Assembly (NCBI GenBank): GCA_965207885.1
Contig: OZ242311.1
Coordinates: 3,040,001-3,104,000 of the forward strand
Length of the DNA stretch: 64,000 nucleotides
DNA from: Candidatus Latescibacterota bacterium
GTDB lineage: Bacteria > Latescibacterota > UBA2968
Reading direction: 5' to 3'
The position numbers and the translations under genes were made by a program. Below are positions 1 to 10,239 of the stretch, one piece after another. Every line of letters begins with the position of its first letter. Within the stretch, counting starts at the first letter, position 1. The notes beneath the pieces are model-generated. The model was given only the letters and a program-made list of their open reading frames with translations, was not told the DNA's origin and did not search any database.

Positions 1-769
1 TGTACACGGTTTCCCCGTTTGCCGTCCCATTATCGGTCATAAAAATCAAAATGGTATTGTCGCGCAGTCCGGTTTTGAGGAGAAAGGCGTCGAGCTTGCC
101 CATATTTTCGTCGATATTGGCAATCATACCGTAAAAACTGGCGACATTATATGCGACCTGGTCGAGATAGGGTTGGCGGTATGCGTCGGGGACCCAAAGT
201 GGGGTATGGGGGGCGTTGGTGGCGATGTAAGCAAAAAACGGCATGTCATCCTGTTTCTCGATCCAGTCCATGGCTTCGTCAAACCACACATCTGTGCAAT
301 ACCCTTCAAAAGCCTCTATTGTTCCATTGTGCCGATAGTGGTCGTCGAAATAATCATTGCCGAAATAATCTGCAGCGGATGTAATGCCCCAGGCGGGATG
401 GTGAATCGTTTCATGAAAACCCCGGTCCTGTGGACGGTAGGGGTAATTGTCGCCGAGGTGCCATTTGCCAAAATGCCCCGTGCGGTAGCCATTCAGGCCG
501 AAAATATCCGCCATAGTCGGCACTTCGGGATTCATCAACGACCGCCCCATGCACACAAATGTGGCGCCATTGCGGAGCGCGTCCTGGCCTGTCAGCAGTT
601 CGCCGCGCGTTGGCGTACACATGGGCGCGACGTGGAAATCCGTGAACCGAATGCTCTCGTTGTGTAACGCGTCTAAATTAGGCGTTTTTATGATCGGATT
701 GCCGTGGCAAGAGAGATCGCCATATCCCTGATCATCGGTCAAAACAAAAATTACATTGGGTTTGTTCAT
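1..769 (-). CDS. Arylsulfatase (formylglycine-dependent sulfatase), 3' end runs off the window
   Basis: Not in the ORF track; manual minus-strand translation from ATG at 769 gives MNKPNVIFVLTDDQGYGDLSCHGNP...MCTPTRGELLTG...GKWHLG...FMTDNG. It has the CxPxR and GKWHLG sulfatase motifs and is open to position 1. Confidence 0.93.
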   Translation of the reverse strand, partial: MNKPNVIFVLTDDQGYGDLSCHGNPIIKTPNLDALHNESIRFTDFHVAPMCTPTRGELLTGQDALRNGATFVCMGRSLMNPEVPTMADIFGLNGYRTGHFGKWHLGDNYPYRPQDRGFHETIHHPAWGITSAADYFGNDYFDDHYRHNGTIEAFEGYCTDVWFDEAMDWIEKQDDMPFFAYIATNAPHTPLWVPDAYRQPYLDQVAYNVASFYGMIANIDENMGKLDAFLLKTGLRDNTILIFMTDNGTANGETVY

Positions 770-785
770 ATCTTCTCTGGAAAGA

Positions 786-1799
786 TCATTTGTCTTGAAA
801 AAACGCGCGGTGAATGGTGAAAGATTTGGCGACGAGATCTACCCGTCTCAAAATGGGGGCCTTTTTTTTGTTGGGCGAATAAAGCCCTATGTCGATAAAA
901 AATAGCCGGTTGAGATCGACATCGACAAAAGCATAGCTCTTAAAGGGGCCGCCTTTCCACTCGGCTTCATTTTCCCAAAGGCCCTGAAGTACTACGGCGA
1001 GTTTGCCCGCAAATTCGGTTTGTCTAACTGTGACTTCGCCCAGGACAATGCGATCGCCGCCAAACCACTGTCCCGTGATGTCATCCCGCTTTTGAATAAC
1101 CCAGTCTTCGGTGAGTTGATCGGGGTGTACATCGTCTTCCCAATAGACGGAAAGCCAGCGGTTGGGATTATCTCTGGCAAGCACGACAAAGTTGGGATAG
1201 GTTTCGAGGATACGATAGCCAAAGGGCACGCGTACATTCCAACCATAGGTCTCGGCGAGTTCCTGGGTGACATCTTTGCGTTCGCCAAAGCTGTAAACAT
1301 TTTCTCGCACACTGTGATCAACGGCATTTTCCAGAGTGCTATACAAACGATCGGATTCCATAAAGAGGTTTTCAACGGTAGTCTCTATATTTTTTCCCGA
1401 TACGATATAAAGGGTTTGATCTTTAGCCCACACATCTTTTTTCCAGGTTACACCTGCACGACCATCCAAAATGGCTTGTTGCACCTCGGGACTGAGTATT
1501 TCTTTGACGAATTGTGCGGTGGGATGGTTGGCATTGAGGGGCGCAATAACCATGAGGCTTTTTCGCTGTTCGTGTTTGTGTGCCTTGAGGAAATTGACAT
1601 CGCCCAATGCAATTTCATAAATGCGCTCGGCCTGAGGCGTATAGATAACGGTTTCAAAAATTTCGCGGAGGGGGTCTTCCAGCGTTTGCCAATCGGTAGA
1701 GTCGGCCAGTACGATGATTTTGCGAGCGGGACCGAGAGATTCGGGCAAGTGGTTGCCACATCCGACGCACAAGAGCAGGAAAAATAGAAGAAGGCGCAT
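786..1799 (-). CDS. DUF4837-like lipoprotein
   Basis: Likely start MRLLLFFLLLCVGCG (signal peptide with lipobox Cys). The DVWAKDQ and GLWE...GGPFKSY segments resemble FCB-group DUF4837 proteins. Confidence 0.7.
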   Translation of the reverse strand: MRLLLFFLLLCVGCGNHLPESLGPARKIIVLADSTDWQTLEDPLREIFETVIYTPQAERIYEIALGDVNFLKAHKHEQRKSLMVIAPLNANHPTAQFVKEILSPEVQQAILDGRAGVTWKKDVWAKDQTLYIVSGKNIETTVENLFMESDRLYSTLENAVDHSVRENVYSFGERKDVTQELAETYGWNVRVPFGYRILETYPNFVVLARDNPNRWLSVYWEDDVHPDQLTEDWVIQKRDDITGQWFGGDRIVLGEVTVRQTEFAGKLAVVLQGLWENEAEWKGGPFKSYAFVDVDLNRLFFIDIGLYSPNKKKAPILRRVDLVAKSFTIHRAFFQDK

Positions 1800-1876
1800 A
1801 AAGCGGTACCCAGTAGAAAGGGGAACGAGAAAAGATAAAGATAATAGGATTTGAAGACAGAAACAACGTTCAAATT

Positions 1877-2992
1877 TTACGAAATATAGTGCCGGGGAAG
1901 ACGCGCGCCGAGCAGGGAGACAACTTCGTGTGAGATATAATTTCCCCATTGGGCGAGGTCGTTCACGGTGATTTTGCGGTCGCCCTGTTGCCCGAGCAGT
2001 ACGATTTCCTCACCGACGGCAACAGGCGGTATATCTGTGACATCGATCATGATGACGTCCATGCAGATCGCGCCGACAACCGGGCAGGATTTACCGTTGA
2101 TGAGGACGTGGGATTTATTGGACATCTGACGGTTGTACCCATCGGCATATCCCAGGGGGGCGAGGGCGATGCGAGAGGGGCGCGTAAGTGTGTATGTGCC
2201 GCCGTAACTGAGGGTTTGGCCAGCAGAAAAGTTTCGCACTTGTGTGATCTGCGCTTTGATGGATAGCGCAGGAGAAAGCGAGAGTGGGCCTGCACCTTGC
2301 GTGGGGGGAATGCCATAGGTGAGCAATCCCACGCGCACGAGGTCAAAATGCGATTCGGGCATGTGAACGGTCATGACGCTGTTGGCGGCGTGACGCCAGG
2401 GAACGGAAATATCTGTGAGTTTAGACAGGCAGGCGGCAAATGTTTTGATCTGATGGCGCGCCTTGTCCATGTATTCTGCGCGTTCCCAGGCTACATGTGT
2501 TGCGATGCCTTCGAGGAATAAATGGGGATTCTGGTCGATTTTTTTGGCAAAGGCGAGCACCTCATCGGATAATAAACCAAGGCGGCCCATGCCGGTATCG
2601 ACTTTGAGATGTATGCGGGCGCGTGTATTGTGGCGTTTGGCTGCGGCTTCCAGCGGTGGTATCGCGTCGGGATGGCCGATGGTTTGAGACAGGTTGTGGA
2701 CAACGATGCTGTCGGCCTGTTCGGGCATGGTGGGTGCGAGTACGACCACTGGTGCTGTGATACCCGCGCTGCGAAGGGCAACGCCTTCTTGCAGCAGGGC
2801 AACGCCGAGTGCAGACGCGCCGCCTTTGATGGCTGCTCTGGAAGCGGGTATGAGGCCATGGCCGTAGGCATTGGCTTTGACAATGGCCATGACCTGCGTT
2901 GTTGGCGAGACGAACTGACGGACTGCGGAAATATTGTTCGCAATGGCTGATAGATTTACTTCGATCCAGGCGGGGCGGTCGGGTTGGGGCAT
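1877..2992 (-). CDS. alr: Alanine racemase
   Basis: AIVKANAYGHG PLP-lysine motif, HLKVDTGMGRLG, GYADGY, VGAICMD; 371 aa. Confidence 0.96.
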   Translation of the reverse strand: MPQPDRPAWIEVNLSAIANNISAVRQFVSPTTQVMAIVKANAYGHGLIPASRAAIKGGASALGVALLQEGVALRSAGITAPVVVLAPTMPEQADSIVVHNLSQTIGHPDAIPPLEAAAKRHNTRARIHLKVDTGMGRLGLLSDEVLAFAKKIDQNPHLFLEGIATHVAWERAEYMDKARHQIKTFAACLSKLTDISVPWRHAANSVMTVHMPESHFDLVRVGLLTYGIPPTQGAGPLSLSPALSIKAQITQVRNFSAGQTLSYGGTYTLTRPSRIALAPLGYADGYNRQMSNKSHVLINGKSCPVVGAICMDVIMIDVTDIPPVAVGEEIVLLGQQGDRKITVNDLAQWGNYISHEVVSLLGARLPRHYIS

Positions 2993-5900
2993 TTAGTAGA
3001 GTACCTCAAAGCGCGATCCCAGGTCGGGATATTTGGTGACTTCGATGCGCACGGGAAATGCCTGTTTGAGCGATTCGACGTGGGTAATAATCAATATTTT
3101 TTCAAAATCCCCGCTGATAGCCTGGATGGCTTCCACGAGGTGATCGAGTCCTTCGGCATCCTGAGTGCCAAAGCCCTCGTCGATAACCAGGGTCCTCAGG
3201 CGCGTGCCCGTGCGCCGAGATAGGAGTTTAGACAGGGCTATGCGAATAGAGAAGTCAATGCGAAAAGCTTCCCCGCCCGAATAGAGTTCGTAGCTGCGTT
3301 CGCCGAGTTCGTCGCTAATTTTAATGTCGAGGGTTTCGCGCGTTCCCCCGGTTTTGAGGTCGCGCAGAGATTCCAGGGCGATTTGGGTGCGGTTGTCCGT
3401 CAGGCGCGCGAGAATGCGATTGGCTTCTTCTTCGATTTCTGGAATGGCCTGTTCGATGATGAGTGCCTGAATGCCGTCTTTGCCAAATGCGGTGGTCAGT
3501 TCGCGGTAGATGCGGATGTCGCGTTCGCAGGATTTGATTTTCTCCTCGACGGCGTTTTGTTCTGCGCTGAGTGCATCGCAGTGTTCAATTTGGGATTGCA
3601 GGGCGGCATTCTGCTGGAGCAGGTTGTCGCGCTGGGCGCGCATCTGTGCAATAGTTTTTTCCAGAGTATTGGCTTCTTCAAGGGTTGATTCGGCGCTGTT
3701 GATGGCTGCGGTGATTTCCGTCAGGCGTTGTCGCGCTTGCCCGTCGCGCTCTGTGAGTTCTGTGAGGCGTTTTTTTGCGGTGTTAAATTGCGTTTGCGCA
3801 TTTTCAAGGTCGCGTTCGGCCACTTGAAGGCGTTCGTATTGCGTTGGCGCATCTTGCAGGGCGGCGAGTTGCTGAGAGATGCGCTGGTGGTGTTCGGCAT
3901 TGTAATCCAGAGTGCGGATGCGCTGGTGTACCTGTTCGCGTTCTGCTTGTTCATTGGGTGCGTATTTGGCCTCGTCCAGCCATTGTTGTGCGAGGTCGCG
4001 TTTTTCTCGAAATGCGGGCAATTCCGCGAGGACTTTTTCACGCTGTTCTGAGGCGAGTTGAAGTTGGGCATTTTGTGCCTCGACAGAGTCGAGTGCTTTG
4101 AGTTTTTCGCGCAGGGTGCGGTGTTCTGCCGGGTTATAGGTGAGGTTTTCAAGCGCACTGTGGGCCTGGGATAGCGCGCGCGCATCCGGGCTGTTCTGGG
4201 TTTGTTCACGCAATTGAGTTTCCAGGTCACTGATTTTAGCCGACAATGTTTCGCTGATTTGCACGGCCTTTTCGGCTTCTTTTAGTGCGGCTTCGGCTTC
4301 GGCGAGGTGTTGGGCGGTGTCTTCGCTCTGTGCGAGTTGGTTTTTAATTTTTTGATAGCGATGTCTGTGCTGTTCGCGTTCTGCTTCGGCTTTTTGAATA
4401 TCCGACTCCAATTGTGTGATCTGCGTCTGTTGTTCTCTCATCTGATTTGAGAGTTTTGTCGCTACTTCTTCGCGGTGGGCCTTGTCGAGTTCGCTGCCAC
4501 ATAAAGGACAGGAGGCATCCTGGACATTTTGCAAAATTTGCTGTTGTTGAGCAATGTCTTCGCGGGCTTGTCGCAGAGTGTTGAGGCGTTCGCTGTTATT
4601 TTCAATCTGAATTTTATAGGCACTACCTTTGTTGCGAATCTCATCGCGTTTGGCTTCGAGAGATTGAATTTCTTCGGCTTGTACGCGGAGGGATCGCCGC
4701 GTTTCTCGCCGCGTTTCAATGTCGGCCACCAGTACATCGGTTTGTTGTCTGTGATGTGTGTGGGTGCTGATCTCTATTTTTATATTTTCAATAGCACTGT
4801 CTATTTGTCGCTCGATGTCTCGAATATTGCGCTCAACGCGCTCCCGGTTTTCGCGTATCTCTTCCCATTCGCGATCCTGTTGTCTGGCTTTGTGCAATGC
4901 CTCGAGTTGTGTTTGAATGGTCTCGCGATCGGAGAGAAGTGCTTCTGTTTCTCGCAATGTGCGTTCTGCATCGCCAATGCGTATTTGCCATTCGCCGAGG
5001 CGGCGTTCCACTTCGTGACGCCGGTCGGCGATTTTTTGATCGAGTTCTCCTGCGCGTTTCTCAAGTGGTCTCAATGTGTGTAGTTTTGTTTGCAGGTCTG
5101 CGTCTTCTTTTTGAAGTGCCCGATATTTTTCGGCGGCATTTGTGATTTCGGCGCGTCTGTCGAGGATTTCGCGATAGGTTGCCACGTCTTGTTGCGCTTT
5201 TTCACACGCGGTTTGTTGTTCTTGCATGTCCGATTCAATGCGCGATATTTCTTTTTGAAGTGCCTCGCGCTCGGCTTCACGGCGTTCGCGTTGGGTGCGT
5301 ATTTTTCGCAGTTCTTCGCGGCGATTTTCCGCGCTTTCCAATTCGCTATTGCAGGCCTGGAGTTGTGCGTTGACGCCGTCGCGCTGTACTACAAATTCAT
5401 CGCGTTTTTCAATGGTCTGCACGATGTCATCTCTTTTTGCGCGAGCGGTTGCGAGTTCTATATCTCCCTCGTGTGCGCGTTCTCGCGCCAGGGAAGACAG
5501 GTCGTCGTAATGCGATAGGCCGAGAATATCTGAGAGAAGGGCTTTTCGCTGGCTCGCTTTGCAACGCGTAAATTCGTCTGCGCGCCCCTGAAGAAGAAAA
5601 GCCGAGTTAATAAAGGTCTCATAAGTCATTCGCAACAGGGTGTCAATACTGGCCTGTGTTTGGCGCACAGCACTTTCTTCCGAGAGGGTTTTGTATGCGT
5701 TCGTTTCCGGCGAGTAAATCTGAAATTCGAGGCGGGTGGTCGCGCTTTTGCCGGTTTTGCGAAAGCTGCGGCTGATGCGATAGCGATCATTTTCGAGGAA
5801 AAATTCAAAATCAACCCGCATTTCAGTGGCGCCAATTCGCAGCAGGCCGTCGTTGGGACGGCGTTCACTGCCAGATTTGCGGGCCTCTCCCCACAGTGCC

Positions 5901-6043
5901 CAGGTGATGGCATCGAGCAGAGCAGATTTGCCGTGCCCATTGCGACCGCTTATGCAGGCGACGTGAAAGCCCGAAAAATCGAGGGGGGGCACGTTTTCGC
6001 CGTAGCTGAGAAAGTTCTGCAGGGAAAGGCTTATGGGAATCAT
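2993..6043 (-). CDS. sbcC: SbcC/Rad50-family SMC-like ATPase
   Basis: Walker A GRNGHGKS, long coiled coil with CPLCG zinc hook, signature YSGGE, Walker B LVIDE; downstream of sbcD. Confidence 0.93.
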   Translation of the reverse strand: MIPISLSLQNFLSYGENVPPLDFSGFHVACISGRNGHGKSALLDAITWALWGEARKSGSERRPNDGLLRIGATEMRVDFEFFLENDRYRISRSFRKTGKSATTRLEFQIYSPETNAYKTLSEESAVRQTQASIDTLLRMTYETFINSAFLLQGRADEFTRCKASQRKALLSDILGLSHYDDLSSLARERAHEGDIELATARAKRDDIVQTIEKRDEFVVQRDGVNAQLQACNSELESAENRREELRKIRTQRERREAEREALQKEISRIESDMQEQQTACEKAQQDVATYREILDRRAEITNAAEKYRALQKEDADLQTKLHTLRPLEKRAGELDQKIADRRHEVERRLGEWQIRIGDAERTLRETEALLSDRETIQTQLEALHKARQQDREWEEIRENRERVERNIRDIERQIDSAIENIKIEISTHTHHRQQTDVLVADIETRRETRRSLRVQAEEIQSLEAKRDEIRNKGSAYKIQIENNSERLNTLRQAREDIAQQQQILQNVQDASCPLCGSELDKAHREEVATKLSNQMREQQTQITQLESDIQKAEAEREQHRHRYQKIKNQLAQSEDTAQHLAEAEAALKEAEKAVQISETLSAKISDLETQLREQTQNSPDARALSQAHSALENLTYNPAEHRTLREKLKALDSVEAQNAQLQLASEQREKVLAELPAFREKRDLAQQWLDEAKYAPNEQAEREQVHQRIRTLDYNAEHHQRISQQLAALQDAPTQYERLQVAERDLENAQTQFNTAKKRLTELTERDGQARQRLTEITAAINSAESTLEEANTLEKTIAQMRAQRDNLLQQNAALQSQIEHCDALSAEQNAVEEKIKSCERDIRIYRELTTAFGKDGIQALIIEQAIPEIEEEANRILARLTDNRTQIALESLRDLKTGGTRETLDIKISDELGERSYELYSGGEAFRIDFSIRIALSKLLSRRTGTRLRTLVIDEGFGTQDAEGLDHLVEAIQAISGDFEKILIITHVESLKQAFPVRIEVTKYPDLGSRFEVLY

Positions 6044-7281
6044 TCGCCACCTCTGAGTTCTGCTTCGAGTTGCGCGCCGTAATTCTGGAGGTCTTTTTCG
6101 ATGTCTTTGAGATCGGGGTGATTTTGCAAATATGCGTGGAGCGCGTCTTTTATGCCCATATCTTCTGAGATATTGGCTCTGCGTTGGTGTTTTTGTGCCC
6201 TGGGTTTGGGCGCAATGCTGGCGACCATGAACGCGTCTTTGAGCGCGTTTTTGATGGCTTTGAGGTCAACGGTATCTGTGCGGTCGCCGGGCAAATCGTA
6301 GATAACGCGCACAATGGCATCGGTCAGGGTGTGTTTGCCGATGGCTTCGAGTATGGCTGTCGTAGGGTCCTGGTCTGGGGCGATATCAACCGATACCGTG
6401 CAAAAGGGACGGGCTGGCGTACTTACAAATTTGTAAGATGTCGTCCTCTCAGTCTCCTGAGTCTCTATTGTGACCAGGACGACGCCTTTGGTTTCCCGTT
6501 CTTCGCCAAAATCAATGCGTTCAATGCTGCCGGAATATACGACAGGGGGCTGGGCATTGAGATTGAGATCCTGAAATTTGTGGATATGCCCCAGAGCGAC
6601 GTAGTCAAAGGCGGGGTTGGCAAGTGTGCTGGTGAGAAAAACGGGATCGCGCCCAATTATTGCGGTTTGTTCAGAGCCGGACAAGGTGGCGTCGGCAGCA
6701 GCGAGGTGGCCCACGAGCACGGCGGGGATATCGGGCTTGATCTGGGTGACCAGGTTTTCAATCAGGAGGGCACCCAGATCTTGAAGTTTTTCGACGACTT
6801 CTTCTTGCGACAGGTTGTGATAGGGCCCCTGGGTCAACAGGCGGCTGCGGTGTAGCCAGGGCAAGCAGGCAATTTGAATGGGTCCTGATTTTGTGTCAAT
6901 GTCGATGAGGCGGTCTTCAGAGGCAATGTGGACACCTCTGGTGCCCAGTGTGCCAAAGATATCAACAGATGAGGCTTTGCCATAAGATACGGGGCTGTCG
7001 TGATTGCCGGTGATCATGACGATGGGAATGTCGCGGGCACTGAGCATGTGAATGAGAGATGCAAATTCGCGCTGGTGGGTGGGCGTGGGGTCGCATGAGC
7101 GGTAGGCATCACCGGAAAAGATGACGAGATCGACATCTTCTTTTATAGCTTCTTCAAACGAGAATCGCAGACTTTTGATAAAGTCTTGCAAGCGCGTGTG
7201 AAGGCCAGTAGCCGAATCGAGGCGGCCGTAATTTTCAACGCCAACATGGGTGTCGGCAACGTGTAGAAATTTGATGGACAT
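6040..7281 (-). CDS. sbcD: SbcD/Mre11-family nuclease
   Basis: Metallophosphoesterase motifs ADTHVG, SGD, GNHD, ALGHIH; overlaps the sbcC start by 4 nt. Confidence 0.93.
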   Translation of the reverse strand: MSIKFLHVADTHVGVENYGRLDSATGLHTRLQDFIKSLRFSFEEAIKEDVDLVIFSGDAYRSCDPTPTHQREFASLIHMLSARDIPIVMITGNHDSPVSYGKASSVDIFGTLGTRGVHIASEDRLIDIDTKSGPIQIACLPWLHRSRLLTQGPYHNLSQEEVVEKLQDLGALLIENLVTQIKPDIPAVLVGHLAAADATLSGSEQTAIIGRDPVFLTSTLANPAFDYVALGHIHKFQDLNLNAQPPVVYSGSIERIDFGEERETKGVVLVTIETQETERTTSYKFVSTPARPFCTVSVDIAPDQDPTTAILEAIGKHTLTDAIVRVIYDLPGDRTDTVDLKAIKNALKDAFMVASIAPKPRAQKHQRRANISEDMGIKDALHAYLQNHPDLKDIEKDLQNYGAQLEAELRGGE

Positions 7282-7374
7282 AGCAAGAGAGGTCGTTATG
7301 GGGAGGGAGAGGATAGGGGAAATTTAAAGAAGAAATAAGAACGTGGAAAGAGCAAAGTTGCACACAGCACAGGT

Positions 7375-9192
7375 TTATGGGCTTACCTCTGGCGAGAGTT
7401 TTACTTTAATCTGCAGTTTTGTGACATCTGTGAAGTGGATCGCCAGTTTTCTGCGGCCCTTGTTATCGGCTTGTTTGGGATTGGGGGAGGTGGGCAAGGG
7501 GGTTGCGTTGAGGACTGTGAATATGGCGTCGGATGGCGATAAAATTTCCGCTTTGAGATGTTTGCCCCTGCGCGTTAGAAGGGCGGTTTGTCCGTCGAGT
7601 TTGACACTGGCTCTCGTGTGCATGAACCACCAGAGTTCAGATGGGGATTTGGCTTCAATGTCGTCGGTAATCACGACATGATTTTGGTCTATTATCTCAA
7701 AGGTGCGCTGCGCACGCGTTGCATCATCGGCATAAACATCGGTGAGGTCGAGGACAGCTGTCGCATGACTGGGATCAGCCTTGAAGGCGGTGATGGGACA
7801 TTCGGCTTTTGGGTTCTGATCTGGACCATTGCCAGGGTTGAAGACGAGGGTGTTGTGGCCTTCGGCGCGGATGCGGTAGAATTCCCACCGTTGGCGTTTG
7901 TTGCGATGTCTCTGATAGGTTTCGCGTTCCGTGCCCGAGTCGATAGCCCACCGCTCGCCGAGTGCTTCGAGGATGAATGTGCCCTGATCCAGGTGCCGGT
8001 GCATGCCCAGATTGTAATTGCCGCCTGCCTGAATGCCCAGCACGAGGGCGTGGGGGTCTGTCCAGGAAGAACGCAGGGTGGCGACATCGGCTTTGCGAAA
8101 GTGTTTGTCGAGGGGCAGGGTGCTGGGGTCAAAGTCTTTTGCGCTGTCGTCGAACCACAGCAAGTCGAGCACTGTGCCCCTGCCGTATTGCCTGAGCGTG
8201 TCGTAGCGAAACCAACTGTAGTGTTGTATGCCGTAGTGCGTGCCCATCCAGAAGTGCATGGGGGTACTCATGCGCCGCAACCCGCAATCGGCAAAGTCAA
8301 AACTGTAGCGATCTGCCCCCGAGATATAAATCTGATAATTCCCGCTCTCTTTGAAACCGGGTATAGCTGCGAGATCAAAATCGGTGCCGAGAGCACTGAA
8401 CAGGCTGGATAAGAAGAGCACGTTGTAACGCGCACCATAATCCCAATAGGTCACGCCTTCGATACCAGCGCCATCGGGGGCGTAAAAATTCATCGATAGG
8501 GGAATGCCTTTGATGCCCGCGTGGAGAATTTCACTGGCGAGTTCGGGTTCTTCATCGGCGATGGCGAGCGCGCCCATGCCAAGCCCGCCGTTGCAGACCT
8601 GGTTCCAGTTGTTGTGACTGCGCGCCCACCAGGCGTTTTCGCGATAGCCTTTTAAGCCGGGTTTGAGACCTTTTTCCACGATGGCACTGCGAAGGATGTG
8701 ACGCTGTTCTTCTGTCCAATGGTCGTATAACCAGTCGTATCCAACGGCAAAGGCATAGGTCATTTCTGCGGTGTCGAGAAAGTGATCGGGATTCCAGTCT
8801 TTGAATCGCGCCGCGGATTCGAGTTCTGCCCAGGCGCGTTCTAAATAGGGTTTTCCGCCTTCCATGAGATAGACAAAGGCGAGTTGACGCACGCGCTCTT
8901 TCACGCGACGGCTGGTGGAGAGCAGGCGTCTTCCATCCGGGATGCTGTATTCCGATGGTTTTTGCGTGAGTATTTTCTGAGTTTCTCGTTTGACCCGACG
9001 GTAGATTTTGGCGGCGATCGTATCACGAGCGATTTGCTCTTTGATGCGCGCGAGGGTGTTTGCATCCATCATCAGACGCGGGTGGCCGGGTTTCAGGGTC
9101 GTTAGAATCCGATCCTTATCCGGGGGAGTGAATGCTTCAGTATGTGTTTGGATACTCAGCATGAGGATGATTATTGTCGCGATTGATTTCAT
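7375..9192 (-). CDS. Secreted heparinase II/III-family polysaccharide lyase-like protein
   Basis: Signal peptide, HPRL near the N terminus, HFLDTAEM, NNWNQVCNGG, EGxxYWDYG, HxHLDQGTF, GHNTL. Confidence 0.82.
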   Translation of the reverse strand: MKSIATIIILMLSIQTHTEAFTPPDKDRILTTLKPGHPRLMMDANTLARIKEQIARDTIAAKIYRRVKRETQKILTQKPSEYSIPDGRRLLSTSRRVKERVRQLAFVYLMEGGKPYLERAWAELESAARFKDWNPDHFLDTAEMTYAFAVGYDWLYDHWTEEQRHILRSAIVEKGLKPGLKGYRENAWWARSHNNWNQVCNGGLGMGALAIADEEPELASEILHAGIKGIPLSMNFYAPDGAGIEGVTYWDYGARYNVLFLSSLFSALGTDFDLAAIPGFKESGNYQIYISGADRYSFDFADCGLRRMSTPMHFWMGTHYGIQHYSWFRYDTLRQYGRGTVLDLLWFDDSAKDFDPSTLPLDKHFRKADVATLRSSWTDPHALVLGIQAGGNYNLGMHRHLDQGTFILEALGERWAIDSGTERETYQRHRNKRQRWEFYRIRAEGHNTLVFNPGNGPDQNPKAECPITAFKADPSHATAVLDLTDVYADDATRAQRTFEIIDQNHVVITDDIEAKSPSELWWFMHTRASVKLDGQTALLTRRGKHLKAEILSPSDAIFTVLNATPLPTSPNPKQADNKGRRKLAIHFTDVTKLQIKVKLSPEVSP

Positions 9193-9209
9193 AATGTGTT
9201 TTTAACGAC

Positions 9210-9244
9210 AACGAGTTCGCTCAGCCTTACCGAGCGAACTCGTT
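9210..9244 (-). terminator. Hairpin downstream of the LRR gene
   Basis: AACGAGTTCGCTC / GAGCGAACTCGTT 13-bp inverted repeat; weak U tract. Confidence 0.5.
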
Positions 9245-9273
9245 TGGTTATGACCTGAGATTTTTACAGGTAT

Positions 9274-10029
9274 TTAGCTGTCGGTATTTACTTTAACGCC
9301 TTTTTTTGTCAAGGCGGGAACATGCGTCTTCATCGATGCCTCGTTCAGGGCGTTGCGCCTGATATTCAGTGTTGCCAGGTTGGCTAAGCCAGCGGCCGGC
9401 GCGAGGTCTGCGACTTTGTTGTTGTTGAGGCTCAGGGTTCTCAACTCAGCCATGCCCGATACTGCCGAAATATCCGCAACTTTGTTGCCAGTCAGGTTCA
9501 GGTTTCTCATTTTGGTCGCCCCAGCAAGTGCCGAAATATCTGAGACGTTGCGGTTCGCACTGAGATTCAGTGTTCTCAGGTTGGTTAATTTAGCAAGTGC
9601 TGAGACGTCAGACACATTATTGCGGGTAAGGTTCAGCGTTCTCAGTTTTTTCAAACCGGAAAGTGCTGAGAGGTCTGAGACGGCGTTGCTATTGACAACC
9701 TTTTTGTCCACGCGCGTAGCACCGAGGTTCAGTACTGTCAAATTTTTCGCGTGCTCGAGTCCGCTCAAATCGCTGATGTTTGCATTTTGCGCGACAAGGC
9801 GTCTCAATTTTGCCATGTCAGCCGTGGTGATCACCGCATCGCTCGCCATGTTCAGGGAATCCGCAATTACCGCACGCAGATTGGCGTCGGGGATCATGAC
9901 GGGTTTTGGCGCCATTTTTTTAGCGCTCTCGCTTTTTTGCTCGCTCTTCAGGTGATGGCCCGCGTCGCTCGCGCTATAGCTGCATGCAATGAGGAGTGCG
10001 AGGATCAGGGGGAGATGTCGATACTTCAT
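9274..10029 (-). CDS. Internalin-like leucine-rich-repeat lipoprotein
   Basis: Start MKYRHL after GGAGG; lipobox LIAC; cap IPDANLRAVI; about 22-aa repeats LxxLxxLNLxxNxVSDxSAL. Confidence 0.88.
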   Translation of the reverse strand: MKYRHLPLILALLIACSYSASDAGHHLKSEQKSESAKKMAPKPVMIPDANLRAVIADSLNMASDAVITTADMAKLRRLVAQNANISDLSGLEHAKNLTVLNLGATRVDKKVVNSNAVSDLSALSGLKKLRTLNLTRNNVSDVSALAKLTNLRTLNLSANRNVSDISALAGATKMRNLNLTGNKVADISAVSGMAELRTLSLNNNKVADLAPAAGLANLATLNIRRNALNEASMKTHVPALTKKGVKVNTDS

Positions 10030-10239
10030 GGTTTTTCCTCCGGATGGGGGTGAATGAGGCACGCAAGATGCCCGTACTGAATTGATGAAATACTGAGCAC
10101 ATGTAACGTAACAACTTACGAGAGATTTCCTCCTTTCTGTTGTAAGTGGATATTCCTGTGTGCTCTAATCAGAGGTTATGATAATATAAAAGTGGTTGAT
10201 TAGTCAATAAGAAATAAGGGGTAGGGGAAGAGGGAATGG

